Of a stretch of DNA of 64,000 bases, positions 12,801-27,800 are shown in pieces. Each line of letters opens with the position of its first letter. The stretch's first letter is position 1. The stretch lies in assembly GCF_009914755.1 (NCBI RefSeq), contig NC_060928.1, one strand, 5' to 3'. This DNA is from the human T2T-CHM13v2.0 reference genome, Homo sapiens. The notes beneath the pieces were generated by a model that was not told the DNA's origin, made no database searches, and saw only the letters and a program-made list of their open reading frames with translations. The position numbers and the translations under genes are program-made.

Positions 12801-13617
12801 TTTTGTTTGTTTTGTGCTTTTCTGCATTAGAATTTTTTTTCCTTAGCAAAAACATTTTCAGAGGAAATAGGGAGCACATTTTGGAAGATATTCCTAGAAA
12901 CTGTATTTATTTGCGTAAGTTCTAAGACTGGCTCTGGTCTTCAGTTCGTTTGAAGTTTCAAAGAAGAGACTTCAGAGTGGTTGAGTGTTATTCCCAGAGG
13001 CTGGGCAGCAGTTAGCAAAATGACCTCTCGGTGTTGGTCTTGCACCAGGTAGAATCAGATCCTGGTTTGTCTGCATGCTGACTGAGGTCAGAGAATGGTA
13101 CATGAGATTTCAGTTCTTTTGTAGCAGGTGTAAAGGTCTCTATGTTCTCATGAGGCTTATGTCACCACCCATTTTTGATCTTTAAATTGTTAGAATTGAC
13201 TCAAGCTTCTCTCTCTGAATGCTTTTACTTATCCAGTTCCCTGTTCAGACTGTCATGGTCCTTTAAAGAAGGATAGCTTTGTTCCCCTGTGCCAAGTTTG
13301 ACCACATGTGTCCTGGACTTTGGCTCCTAAGCCTCTGGCTCTCAGAGGGCCATTCTTCTCCAAAACCTCACTCCTTTAAAGACACCATGCTGGCACATGG
13401 ACTGATTTTTTCTTTCACCAGGTCTCAAGAGATCATCTAGAAACCCTGCCACATTTATTCCCTCACTTCTGGCTCAACAAAGAAAATTCTGGAACAGCAA
13501 CACGCATGTGCGTGTGTGCATGCACACACATGCACACTACATGCTTCATGTTTCTCCACCAAAAAGCTCTTATCCTATTCTCTCCTTCCATTTTTCTCTG
13601 ATGTAAAGACCTAGAGA

Positions 13618-14137
13618 GTTTTGCCCATTTTTTTATGGGGTTGTTTTTGTTTCTTGTAAATTTGTTTAAGTTCTTTACAGATGCAGCACTGTTCACAATA
13701 ACAAAGACATGGATGGAATCAACCTAAATGCCTGTCAATGATAGCCTGAATAAAGAAAAGGTGGTATATAGACACCATGGAATACTATGCAGCCATAAAA
13801 AATGAGAACATGTCTTCTGCAGGGACATGGATGGTGCTAGAGGCCATGATCCTTAGCAAACTAACACAGGAACAGAACATCAAATACTGCCTGTTCTCAC
13901 TTACCAGTGGGAGCTAAATGATGAGAACACGTGGACACATAGAGGGGAAAAACAGATACTGGGGTCTGTTGAACAATGCGGGGTGGGAGGAAACAGAGGA
14001 TCAGGAAAAATAACTAATGGGTACTAGGCTTAATATCTGGGTGATGAAATAATCTGTACAACAAAGCCCCATGACACAAGTTTGCCTATGTAACAAACCT
14101 GCACTTGTACTCCTGAATGTAAAGCAAAAGTTTAAAA
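13618..14137 (+). mobile_element. 5'-inverted (twin-primed) truncated L1, older L1PA type
   Basis: Antisense L1 piece 13618-~13684 joined to a sense 3' end; 13-bp TSD aaagacctagaga at 13605-13617 and 14138-14150. Confidence 0.88.
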
Positions 14138-14862
14138 AAAGACCTAGAGACTCTTCCCTCCCAGTCCCATCAGGTCCCTCAAGGAAGCCTCTTGCTGCAG
14201 TCTAAAGACACACACATACATGAAAGCACAAGTTAGTTAAGTCATTTGTGCTATATATTGATGAACAGCAGGACATACAATTGACACAGGGAGACGGAAA
14301 GTTTAGGTTCACATTTCTAGTTCTTTCTTTTCCTAGCAGACCTACATAAAAAGCCAAATTATAATCAGAACTTTGCCTGGTGGGAATAAAATCAGAGCAA
14401 AGGCTGTTTAATGGATTTGGAAGTATAGTAACATCATGGGACAGTCTGATATCTCCATCTTCCATTTGGGATGCTTTTGCCAAATGAGAATGAAACAGTG
14501 TTATTTCTTTCCTTCCTTAAAGATCTATGATTTCATAAACCTCAGTTGCTAAGATCAAGTTCTCAGAATAGAAGGGGTTAGGGGAAAAACAATTTAAATA
14601 TTTTACTAAATACACTTAAAAGACAGAATGGATTGGTATTGTAAAAGTATTCACTTGCTTTGTAAGCCAGATTCATGGCTATGAAACCCTGCTCCAATAA
14701 ATAAGCTTCTCCTGGATTGCTTTCTTCCTTGTTCAGGAAATATTACTGCAGCATTGCAATCTGCTGAGACCAAATATTTCACCAGCTTTATGTTGTGCAG
14801 TGTGTACCTCTCTTTCAGCTTTTTAAACCAGCTTTTTCTGGCATGGTATTTGTTGGCTTTTG

Positions 14863-14864
<2 letters not shown>

Positions 14865-14902
<38 letters not shown>
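14865..14902. repeat. (TG)19 microsatellite
   Basis: Direct reading. Confidence 0.97.
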
Positions 14903-14905
<3 letters not shown>

Positions 14906-17065
14906 CTTTTTCATAGATCTCAAAAAAATGTCCAGCTGTTTCACAAGTTACAAACACATTGCCTGGCTCTGACTGTCTTTTGGATGGATTTTAGATAAGG
15001 TGGCTAGGGAAGACTGAATTAAATTTAAGCAATTAAATGAAGGAAGGAATCATTCAAAATTTGGGAAAAGAGAATCCCAGGCCAAGAGACTAGTCATTGT
15101 AAAAACAGAAAGAAGGCCAGGACCAGAGTGGAATTGCATGAGTTGGAGAGAGGTGGGGGATGAAATATACTGGGGCTCAATCACATGGGGTTTCATGGGT
15201 CATGTGAGGAGTGTGGGGGTTTGTCCTCAAGGTGATAGGCAGCTGCTACAGATTCCAGAGTATTTGATCATTAGCATGACCTTGGAGAGGGCTTGGATCA
15301 CACTGTACTCAGCGGTTGTGTGGTTCCCTTTTTTATGTTTCCATGCTGGTCAGCTTACTTGTGGCCAAAGTATTTTTTTCTCTAGATACGTTAATGTCTT
15401 CATTGAGGTTAGCCTTCATCCTGCTGGCCTCGGGCCCACTCTGTTTCTGGGAGGTGACTTTGCATATCTCATTCTAACTGTATTAATTTTCTAGTTTAAC
15501 TCTTTGTGGTACAATTTCTTAGTTCTTGGGGTGAATATCACTATTACCTTGATACCCATGTACCAAAAATATTATCATACACACAGTTGCTTTAGGAATT
15601 CAGGCCAACAACAGGTTTTTAAAAAATGCTGTTTGGAGTCCAGGTGTGTTGGGAGCTCTAAAAGCAAAAGCCAGACTGAAAACACTCAGCATTCTGAGAG
15701 AGAGAGAGGGAGAGTTAGAAATAGACACTTACGTCATCCGTTTATTCCCTGCATTGATGCAGTCCAGACGGATGATGGCCTAGCATTTTGGATTTGTCTG
15801 CTTTCCTTATTAATTCTCCTCTCAATTCTGCTTTTATTATCTACAATGACAATGACACACTATCCCTAGGCTGCTTCTAAAGTCATCTAACTGTCACTAG
15901 AGCAATATAGGCTGGCATCTTTTTGCACAGTAAACAAATTAAAGTGCTCCTGGTATCTGAACATCTTGATTAAAGCATCATTGTCATTCTTATGATTACT
16001 ACTATTTTTTGGAAACCTACTGTGTACAAGGCATAGTTAATAGCTTTACATAAAATATTTCACTTAATTGTTGCAACAGTGCTTTAAAGCTGAGGGTCAT
16101 TCGTTGAATATACAGAAAACGAAAGGAGTCCGAGAGTGCTAAAGCACATGTCCGTAATCAAAGTCTATTTCTAAGGCAGACCTGCACATTCATGCATCCC
16201 AAGCTTCACCCACTTTATTCTGTGCATCCCTTTAATTCCAGACTGTTCTCGACTACCTCCCTTCGAAAGGCTTTTTCTTCTCCCTGAGATTTCCATTCAC
16301 CTTTGCTTTCTCTACTCAGAGCCTGTCTTCAAAATCTTTCAAGGTTACAATTACTCTTTTTTTTCTTTTTTTGTCTCTCTAATCTCTGACGTCACAGACT
16401 GTCATTGCTGCAGGAGGCCTTGGAGATTATTTTCTCTGGATGTTGCCAATCTTGAGTCTCCAAATAGTCGACTTCCAGCTGTTTTCAATATTCAGAAATA
16501 TCTAGTTAAATCACAGCACTGTTTGGTTTGTACAACTCAAATATAAAGTTAAACAATTATTACTTGATGAGTATAATTTGTCTAGTAGAGAGACCCATGG
16601 TGGGGTAAGTGGAGAAGAAAAAAATTTTTTTGGTGAAAACTCAGAAATAATACCAATTTGGTCTTGTTTGCTCTTTTATAGATGACTCAACTGATGTCCA
16701 CTGGGAGGAAAAGTGAATGTAGATTAAGGTTTACCGTGAATACAAATTAAGCTTAGGTTGCCTAACTATTCTATCTTTCCAGAGAGTGGCAGAACAATCA
16801 TTCATGGAGAATTTATTGTTACTTCCAATTGAATAGCACTGGCTATTAAAAGTTTCTGCTTTTCTGTAGTTTTTAACCTTTGGTTCAAGTTCTCTGGAGC
16901 GTCACACAATGGCTCTTGTTACTATTACAAGTGATGCCTTTCAGCCATGGGGATATGAGAGTGATGGGCTCACTGTTAGATATGCCAGCACCAGGAAAGA
17001 GGTTATGGCCATCTTCATGCAGACCATGACTGATAAGTCAATTGTTTTCCTTAACAAGGTCTATG

Positions 17066-17348
17066 AGCCATGTGCAGTGGCTTATGCCTCCTAGCTCTTT
17101 TGGAGGCTGAGAAGGGAGGATTCATTAAGCCCAGAAGTTTTAGAGCATCCTGGGCAGCATAGTGAGACCCCATCTCTTAAAAAAAGAAAAAATTTAGTCA
17201 GGTGTGGTGTCATGTGCCTGTGGTCCCAGCTACTTTGGAGGCTGAGGCTGGGGGAATCCCTTGAGCCCAGGAGGTTGAGGCTGCAGTGAGCGATGTTTGT
17301 GCCACTGCACTCCAGCCTGAGTGACACAGTGAGACCTGTCTCAAAAAA
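17066..17348 (+). mobile_element. AluJ
   Basis: Dimeric Alu with J-type diagnostics (ttgagcccaggaggttgaggctgcagtgagc); tail decays into (CA)n. Confidence 0.9.
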
Positions 17349-19208
17349 CTGAAAACAAACACACACACACAAAAACAACCCGCATGAGTCTCTCTGTCAT
17401 TTGACGCTGTTTGCTGCTTCTGCCACATGTCTTAGAGCTTTGAATTGCAGATGTACTTAACTACCTGAACTTCTGCCTATGTCCTGGGTTCCTTCTTTCT
17501 AGAGTATTCTCTGTCCTACTCTCTTCCCCAGATTTACTTCCTCTGGGAAGCTTTCTACCACATAAAATGACTGGATAAGTTCCTCTAATACCTGCTTCAA
17601 TTGTACCTTGAGTGTTTTCTTGTATATAACATCCAATTATTTTTAGCGACTCATTTCTCTCTCTTATTACTAGGACTGTGTGTTCCTAGTGGCCAGGAAT
17701 GATATTTTACTCTTACTCTCTTAGCCTTAAGGTCTAGTGCTTGACTGAGATACATAATGGGTTTCTAGTGAAATGAATGACTGGATAAATGAATGAATAC
17801 ATTTTGCAATAACACAATTTTAACCTCCTTGTCTTTTCCTTCATTTACTCACCTAGAGCTCTGCGTAGCATTGCAAAGCCCCTTCCAGTGTCTTTTCCAA
17901 GCCCATGCATCAACTCGACTTATACTCTTTCATTATCATGGCAATAGGAAGTGGGAAGTTTAGAAGGAAGAGAAATGGGATGAGGGAGGGAGGAACAGAG
18001 AAGGAGTAGCCAGGAAGAGGTAATCACATCAGAATAAAAAAGTTTATTTCATTGATGAGGAAACTGAGACTGAGAAAGGAATGTGACTTACGTAAGTCAC
18101 ACAGGAGAGACCAAAACCTCGTTTTCTGGCTGCCGACCCTATGCCTTTCCACTGTATATGAATATTTCAGCAAGTGCATCTGCCACACACAGACAAAGAC
18201 ATACTGGTTCATTTCCAAAGACAACAATCTCATTGTCAGGGTCATGGGTTGAAATTTAAAGAATTATTCCTGATTTCAACACAGCCTCTCACTTGGAGCA
18301 ATGACTCAGGCTAATTTTGCAGGCGGCATGTTTTCCTTTGAGATTTCTCACCCGATCTGTTCCCCATCTCCTAGATTGCATAAGGGTAATGATGAATTCC
18401 TTGACTGGATCCCAACTTCCCGAGGCTCAAAATAATCACTGTTCTGTTTTCCATGGGAGATGAAGATATATATTAGGATTTTAACATTCTTTGAATATCC
18501 ACTTTGAAAACAGGAGACATCCGCGGCAGGTGGGGCTTGCAAATGATATTTCTAATCAGATGTTCATCCAGAAAGTAATTAACTTTAGGAAAGTAAAGGC
18601 CCTAGAGGCTTCTGAAAAGATTTCCTTACTCTCAATTCTCCCTGAGCATTGCTTGATATTTGCCTCCCCCTGAGCTGTAGAGCCCAAAGGGAAGATGAGA
18701 AGCAAGTCCTGCTGATATGGATGCGGATCACATTTGCGTGACTCAGAGCTGTGGGGTAAGAAGCCTTTCTTCCAGCTGTCCTCTCACCACCCCAACCCCA
18801 GAGCCCTCAAGGTTGTGTTTTCTCATGTTTGTGAATTGCTCAGAGCTCTGCCAGGCTTTTCAGTTTTATCTGGCCTTCTGCCTTGGCTGCCTTGCCTCTC
18901 CTTTTAGGAAATCCAAGGGTGGAGAAATGAATAATCTGTTTCTGAAGTCAGAGAGACATGAGTCTAAGCCCTGGGTCGCCACTTCCTAGCTGGGTAGCAG
19001 TGGGCGAGCTGCAGCCTCTTTCTGAGTCTCTGTTTCTTACTGATGACCTGGGTTATTAGAGGACCATTGAGACAGCCCACCCATAAACTCCTAAGAAAGC
19101 ACTCGGCTTGATGCCTACTTCCTAGAGGTTTCTCAGCAGTGTTCCTATTATTGCTAGCTCCATCCTGTCTTTTTGTGATAAAACCATGTTTGGATAGAGT
19201 TTGGCTAG

Positions 19209-19633
19209 TGCGTTAGTTTCCTAGGGCAGCTGTAACAAAGTACCATAAAGTGGGCATCTTAAGACAACAAAAATGAAATGTCTCACAGTACTCAAGGCCA
19301 GAGGTCCTAAATCAAGGCATTGGCAGGGCCACGCTCCCTCTGAAACTTGTAGGAGAGTTTTTCCTTGCCTCTTTCTAGCTTCCGGTGGTTTGCTGGCAAT
19401 CGTTGGCATTCCTGGGTTTGCAGCTGCTTAACTCCAGTCTCTGCTCTTGTTGTGACACGGAGATCTCCCCATGTGTCTCTGTCTTCACATGCCATCTTAT
19501 AAGGGCACTAGGCATGAGCTCATCTTAACTAATTACATCTGCAACAGCCCAATTTCCAAAAATGGTCGCATCTGAGGTACTGGGGACTAGGACCTCAACA
19601 TATTTTTATTGTTGACACGATTCAGCTTATACG
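19209..19633 (-). mobile_element. MLT1C-type MaLR LTR
   Basis: 'ttagtttcctagggcagctgtaacaaagtacca..atcttaactaattacatctgcaac..tgaggtactggggactaggacctcaacata'. Confidence 0.85.
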
Positions 19634-19964
19634 AGGTAAATACTACATTATATGCTAAAATATTTTAGTCTATTTAGTCAGTGTAAAATACAAACTTCTG
19701 TCTTGATTAGATTTCACTTGGGAAATGTATAATTTATTTGGCTTCATTAGTCTACTTTTTCGTCTTTCTCCTCTATTCCAAGCCTCCTAGCCACTCTTCT
19801 CACTAATCCATGATTCGCTCAGCATCCAGTGTTCTCTCCCTAATATCTTCTCCTTTCTAGAACAATCATCTGTCCAGATCAGTCATCTTTTTTTTCCTAG
19901 GATGAAGGTCAAATTTCTCACCTTCACACAAATTCTCTTTCAGGAGCTGCCCCTCATTTACCTG

Positions 19965-20071
19965 TGGGGTGACTAACTGTCCCAGTTTGTCCTGGAATGC
20001 CCTGGTATTAGCATTAACATTTTTGCACCCTGAGAAACCCTTCTGTCCTGGACAAGCCAGTTTTCACCCTG
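19965..20071. mobile_element. MER81-like hAT-Blackjack MITE
   Basis: Terminal inverted repeats gggtgac...tcaccct with internal 'gtcccagtttgtcctgga'. Confidence 0.65.
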
Positions 20072-23000
20072 TTACTTTTCTGCATGTTTTGGCTACAGAT
20101 ACTCTCCGGCTATTACAGATTTTGTCTTTCCACATGTGTGTTGCATTGGCATTAGCTGTTTGCTCATTGTGCTCTGCTGCCAATTACATGTTTCTTAGGG
20201 GATTGAAATCCAGACAAATCTGGGTTTGAATTTCAACTCTTGTGGCCTTAATAAATGCATACTTTATCAGTGTCCATCAACATCAAAAAAAAAAAAAAAA
20301 GCAAAAGGGGCATAAAACTATATATCCTTTGGTTGTAGTGAGGGTAAATTAGATATGATGAATAAACCACCTGGCAGAGTGCCTGACAGATACTGGGTAT
20401 TGCAGAAATGGTAGATGGTTTTTCACTGGTTGGTATGTGTGTATACTGCAGCACAACTGTGTTCAGTAAGTGCTTTCTGAATGAAAGCTCAAAGCTCCAG
20501 AGCTCGAATCTCTTGAGCAATGATCTTCCTATCTGTCATTTTCTCTCTCTGACTTAAATCTATTCTCTCAGAGGTTAGCCTTACTAAAAATTTGGTTCAA
20601 AGCCTTGCCAAGTAATGTGAAATATGACAGATGTATTTCCTATGGATCTTTTACTCCTGGAATTTTCCATGTGTCAATAATTTCCTACCCTCCAGTAGAT
20701 TTTGATCTAGCCAGATTCCTTGCCTGGTCCATGAAGGGAAAACAGAAAACTGAAAGACCTTGAACTCCTTCTTGTACTCCAGTTCTCATGAACTCAAAAC
20801 ACAAACTCATTTAAAGTTAGTGTGGCATCATCAGCTGAAAGCTGAGAGTAATTTAAAGGCTTTTCTTCTCTATCAGCTCCCTGAGCCCCTCCAAACAGAA
20901 GCATTTTAAACTGATGCCTCTTGAGAGTTCTGTGTATGGAGTGCTGAGAATGAATGAGATTGTCTCCCACCCCAGAGGGTAGCAGAAAAATTCTGATTGT
21001 GGCCAACTATCTTCAGCTTCTGGTTTTCCCTAAGATCCTTATTGTAGGGCCACTTGTTCTTTTTATCTAGTAGGTATTTGATGTCATGATGAGATTAATA
21101 ATTCACAGAGTCTGGGCAGTATTTTTCCACTGAAGGCTGCGTGCAGAAAAAAAGCAGAGTGCTGGCAAAACCCGAGGGCTCCTGACGAGGTCAGATGCCT
21201 TGTGCTTCAGCAAGTGCTCAGAATCCTCAGTAACCCCTTCCTTGCTGAAAATGACACATAGAAAGGCAGGGATTTTTAAAGGACTTTTTGCTTTCTTGGC
21301 TGGGGTTAAAACGAGTTCAATTAAATAGACCTCTAGAGATGGCCGAACAACAACAGTGACAAAATGTAAATAAAATTTTAATTATCACTTCCAAATAATA
21401 ATTTAAGAGGGATTATCAAATCATATATGATTAATTGTTATAGATGATGAGAAGGTTAGTAGGGGGAAGAGGAGGTGTGATCCATGACTCTTATTATTAC
21501 TAGTGCTTATTGTGATTATTCCTAGCTACCATTTCTTTCAGTTCCAGGAATTCTGCATTGCATATGATATCTCCTCTGATTTTTACACCAATTTTTGGGA
21601 TAGACAACATTATTCCCATCTAAAAAATGCAAAAACTGTGGCCAAGACAGTCAACAAGGCTTTTCAAAGGCCACAAAGGTGATAAGAGGTGGAGCCAGTG
21701 TTTGACTCTAGAGTTATATATCTTTGGACGTATATCACTGCTTTCTACATGTACTATGTCACCTTCCAGTAATAATTAAAAATTAATTGTCATGAAAAGG
21801 CTTCTTAGCATTTCACAGGGATATAAGAGTTTTGAGACCACTTATATCCTTTTCTACTTGCTTCTCACAGCAGCCCTGGGCAGGAACAGGTTGGGGATGA
21901 CTACCTCCCACTGGCAAACGTAGAGCTTGGAAGGAGGTTAAGTGATTCCAAAGCCAACTAATTAGTGATCAAGACATTCCTAGAACTCAGAACTTCTGAC
22001 TCCACCACTAGACTATTGTACTCTGTGTTTTAGAGAACAGAAGGGCTTATATCAGTGGTAGCTGTCATTTTTTTGTTCCAACCTGAGCCAAAGGAGATGA
22101 AGCTGGAAACAGGTCTAAACTCAATATTCTACCTTCGCTGATCTCTAAATCTACCTTGCTAAGCTCCTGTGGATTCCTGGGCAGCAGGGCTCTTACCAGA
22201 CTTCTCATGGCAATGATGAGGTCTGCCATCTTTTGTTCCTGTCCGTTTTCAAACTCTGGTTGTCCAGCTTCCTGGTGATACTACGATCTCAAAAACCTTT
22301 TCATAAATTTGTTTCCTACTTAAATCCCCCAGAATCAGGTTCTGTTCTTCGTAGCTGAGCACTCTGACTGACACAGTGTTTCACCAACACTGTGTGCAAA
22401 GCAGCCACAGCACTGCTATGTAGTCTGTCTTCAAGTAACCCTGGTTCCTGCCCATTTCTCTTTCTTAAAACCATAGATTGCCAAAGTATGAACCATAGGT
22501 TTCATACTTTTGCTAACCCATCATCTCCAACATTTTTTATTGAACATGATTCTTAGAACTCCTAAGGGGCTGGTTTTAGGTTCACTCCAGGAAGGAGAGA
22601 AAAGCCTAATGAATATGGAGAAGGAGAATGACGGTGTTACAGCTTCAGCTGGTCAGGATTTCCTTAGCCAGTGTGCTGATTTTTCTCCTTCCTTTTCTCT
22701 TGCTATTTTCCCCACCATCTCTTTCTTCTCCTTATCTTTTTATGCCCATTCTTTTTAACTTTCTCCAAGTAGAAGAAAAATGAGAGATATTTAGATCTCC
22801 TGAAGTCTGAGCATCAACTTGAGCCTCTTTTGCTATGAACGTGTTCCACATTATTTACCACACTATTGCACAATAAACTTATTTAATCTCTGCAAGCCTT
22901 TGGATGGAGAGATTATTATGTTCTTGTTATGGAGCAAGGAGAGGGAGTATAAACTAAAGTTTGAGGCATAATGGGACTTGTTTATGGCAGGGTGGCTCCT

Positions 23001-23689
23001 AAGCAACACATTCTTCTTTCCCACAAGGTTGTCAGCCTCAGCTAAGGGACAGCACAACACAGGCATTAGAACAACAGACCAGGAAAGAGAAAGCTTTTGG
23101 GGTACTTGCTCTGCTACTTACCCAACCATGTATCCTGAACAAGTTACTCAAACTCTTCACATCCTAGACAACACCATGGGAGTGCAGGAATGGGAGTGCA
23201 GGAGTGTGCAGGCTGGACACTCAGTGAAAGATAAATAGAATTAAGGCATTTTGCCTGAAATGTTTCCTTTGCCCTACATTCAGTTTGCCTCCCTACAGCC
23301 TGCCTCCTGAGATATCCCTGGGAGGCATGCAATCTAGCTTTCTTTCCCAGCAAGCGGAGATGTCTGAGTCCCAGAGGGCTTATGCCACCAGATATATTCT
23401 CGTGGTCTCTTCACATAGGAAAGATGTGCCACCAGAACACAGAGTTTTGTCTTTTTTTTTAAGCTCAAGTTACCTATGGCTGTTTCTAACTGATCACATT
23501 TACTACTTAGAACAAAATCGGATGGGGACTAGGGTAGAGCACAATTATAATAGTAATTCTTAATTTTGTCTATAATTGGTGAGGTCTGGGAAGTCAAGGG
23601 TCACATTTCTGCCCCAGGAAAATCACTGACTATATTGTTAGGCTTTCAAATAGATTGCATGAGGCTCTATGGCATTGGGCACAGTTGGG

Positions 23690-23905
23690 ATAAATTCTTG
23701 GTTCTGCTACTTACTCATCAGGGTTCTCGGCAAGATTATTTAACCATTCTATGCCTCAGTTTCTTCTTCCAATTTGAGGATAATAATTCTAGAAACTTCT
23801 TCTTGGAAATGGAATGGTTGTAAAGATTAAACAAGAAGATCTCTGTTAAGCAGTTAGCTCTGTGTCTGACTCAGAGAGAACCTTCAGTTAATGTTCACCA
23901 TTATT
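23690..23905 (+). mobile_element. MIR SINE
   Basis: 'ggcaagattatttaaccattctatgcctcagtttcttcttc..ggttgtaaagattaaacaag'. Confidence 0.7.
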
Positions 23906-24306
23906 ACGTTCAGTACCTAAGACACAGTAGTTGATGATAAATAGCAATCATATTTCCCACTGTTTGGTTGTAAGGTGGCATAAGTCATGGGTACAGTACC
24001 CTAGTACTTTTTCTTCAGAGTAAAATTGAGAAATCTGCTCATCAGAATCAGGCTTCTATCTTAAGAAACTCAGTTGGCAGAAATAAGAGTTTCATGTGCT
24101 ACCTTCACTAAAAAATGTAAAATCTACCATTGTGTTTTCAACCTAAAAAATATTGGGAAGTAGGGAAAGCTTTTTTTTTTTTTTTTTTTTTTTGACTTTT
24201 CCAAAATGACTTGCCTAGTGCTGGGGAAGTGGAAGAGAATGGATAAAGAAAGGTACAGGAGGAGGTGACGTGTTTGAAAGGCATTTTATAGTGTATCAAG
24301 AGATGA

Positions 24307-24666
<360 letters not shown>

Positions 24667-24789
24667 CTAGATTGCATATTGTATAGAGGTACAAATTGTG
24701 ATTAGAATTTTCTTTGCTTTGCACATACATATTGTTCCTACGTACTATTTAAAATGTCTTTTTACCTATCTATACTGTGTGTGTCTTTG

Positions 24790-24912
24790 TTTTGTTTTCT
24801 TTTTTGAGACTTGCCATTTTGCCCACACTAGTCTTGAACTCTTGGGGTCCAGTGACCCTCCCACCTCGGCCTCCCAAATTGCTGAGATTACAGGTGTGAG
24901 CCACCACACCCA
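24790..24912 (-). mobile_element. FLAM/partial Alu monomer
   Basis: 'cctcccacctcggcctcccaaattgctgagattacaggtgtgagccacc'. Confidence 0.85.
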
Positions 24913-25292
24913 GTTCATACCGTTTCATTTGCAGTTTCTCCCAGTTCATGCCTCTGTGCTTTTGTCCATATTGTTTTCTCTGCCAGGAAAACATGTATCT
25001 GGCTGTTTAAGTCATCTCTCAAGACTATGCTGAAATGCCACATCCTCTGGAAGGGGGGCTGCTTCCACCCAAGGAAGGCTGGTTGATGCCTTGGGATTTC
25101 TCAGACCAGAAGCAAGACTACCCACTGGCACACCAACTAGAGAACAGCAAGTGCTCAGATAATCTGACACAGCCAGGACAAACAACACCATCAGTACTCT
25201 CAGAAAAAAGGTCTTTAGATAGTTTAAAGGTGTTCACTTGGCCAAATTGTCTTAATCCTATCTATAAGGATTTTAAACTGTTGTTTTCTTGA

Positions 25293-25739
<447 letters not shown>

Positions 25740-26344
25740 TGAAGGTGTGACATGAGATCAACTATGATAATGTATTTCAAGTATCAAGCATGCCTCTGGG
25801 AGCCAGTAGACACTGACTAAACAGTAGTTATCATAAAGTTCTCTGTCCTTACAGGACATTCTGGGGTGCCTTTCCAAGAAATGGCAGTTCACTTCCCATT
25901 AAACACACATGAAAACCTTTTTGTACAAAATGGTCCTTGATGTATCTTATCATAGAAACAGCCTAACTGCATGTGCTACTCCATCTTTTTGGGAATGATA
26001 ACTTTGCCAACCACAAGGATCATATTCATGAAAAATATCATTGTTGGTAATTGTTACTAGTGAAATTGAGATATAATAAAATATATGGGTTTATGGGATA
26101 GACAATTAAAATGGCATTACAGGTATTTTTAAAAAGCAAATGAATGTTGTAAAGGACATTTAATTTCAAAACAGGTGATTCATTAAGATTAAAATCTTGC
26201 TTGTTTTCACTACAGACAGTGCTGTTATCACAATTATATTGATGAGGACAGGCTTAGAGAGGTAAAGTGAAAGGTGCAGTACTTGTTTCATTTCCCTTCA
26301 TGACATTTTAATTAATTAATTAATTTCATTTATTTATTATCTTC

Positions 26345-26553
26345 AGAGAGACATGGTCTTGCTCTGTTGTCCAGGCTGGAGTGCAGTAGCATGGTCATAG
26401 CTCACTGCAACCTCGAACTTACGGGCTCAAGCTGCCCTCCTGCCTCAACCTCCTGAGTAGCTGGGACTATAGGCCCATCCCTGGCTAATTTTTTATGTGC
26501 CACCATCACTGGCTAATTTTTTAGTTTTGTAGAGATGGAGCTTCACTATGTTG
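26345..26553 (-). mobile_element. Partial AluJ
   Basis: 'ggtcttgctctgttgtccaggctggagtgcagtag..ctgggactatagg' with an internal duplication of 'ctggctaatttttta'. Confidence 0.85.
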
Positions 26554-26784
26554 CATGGCATTTATTAATTGTAGTTTGGGTGAACAATTTGAATGACTCT
26601 TCTGACATTCTTTACTGTTTATTTTTGTTATGAATTCTCCAAAAAACCAGCATTGAGTTTGATTGTTATTTTATTAGTACCATGACCAGGTATGTCATAC
26701 TTCCAGAAAACACATGCAAGGTACAAGAGTGGAAGGGAAGTCATAGTGGCATGCTTTCTTTCTTCTTCTTCTTCTTCTTCAACA

Positions 26785-27800
26785 AATGTTCTATTTTAAA
26801 CTAATTTTAGACTTAGAGAAAAATTATAAAAGAGTACAAACTGTTATTTTATATCCCTTATCCCATTTGCCCTAAAGTTAACAATATTAACATCTTACAG
26901 ACTGTAGTGCAATGATCAAAACTGGGAAATTTACATTGGTACAATATTATTAACTAAATTATAGTTTTTTCAAAATTCACCAATTATTCTTCTTCTCCTT
27001 CACCTCCTCCTCCTCCTCCTTCATCTTCTTCTTCTTCCTCTTCAAGACAAGGTCTTGTTCTGTTGAACAGGCTGGAGCGTAGTGGCATGGTTATAGCTCA
27101 CGTTAGTCTCAAACTCCTGGGCTCAATCAATCTTCTTGCTTCAGCCTCTGGAGTAGCTGGGATTACAGGTGCGAGCCATTGCTCCTGGTAATTTTTTTGT
27201 TTATTTGTTTTGTTTTGTTTTGTTTTAAATAGTCCAATTCAAGCTCCTACGTTGCATCTAGTTGTTATTTCTCCTTAGTTGCTTTCAGTCTATAATAATT
27301 CCTTAGTATTTCCTTGTCTTTCATGACCTTCACACTTCTAAAGAGTAATGATCAGTTATTTTGTAGAATGCCCCAAGGTTTGGGTTTGTGCAATATATTC
27401 TTATTTTTGAAATGAGGTTATGTATTTTTTTCCAAGAATGCCACAAAAATAACATGGTGGCATCCTTCTCAGTATAAAATATCCAGGGCTTCATGGTGTT
27501 GACATTTTTTATTACTGATGATGCTTCCCTCAGTCACTTGATTACGCTTGTGTCTGCCAAGTTTCTCCATTGTAAAGTTAGTATCTTTCCCTTTGATGTC
27601 GATGAATATCTTAGGTGAGATACTTAGAGACTATGCAAATCTCATTTCTTTTCTAACTCTCACACTTTAATTTGTGGATCGTGTCTACATCATTTATTCC
27701 TGTGGCATTTGCGTATTGGCGATTCCAGATTCCTTCTTTCCTTCTATATTTATTAATTGGAATTCTACTGCCTCTTCTTCCTGATTTTCATATTTATTTT
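26785..27800 (-). mobile_element. Old L1M (L1MC-like) 3' region interrupted by a (CTT/CCT)n tract and a FLAM (27044-27190)
   Basis: 'taattttagacttagagaaaaatt..caatgatcaaaactgggaaatttacattggtacaat..cagttattttgtagaatgcccc'. Confidence 0.7.
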
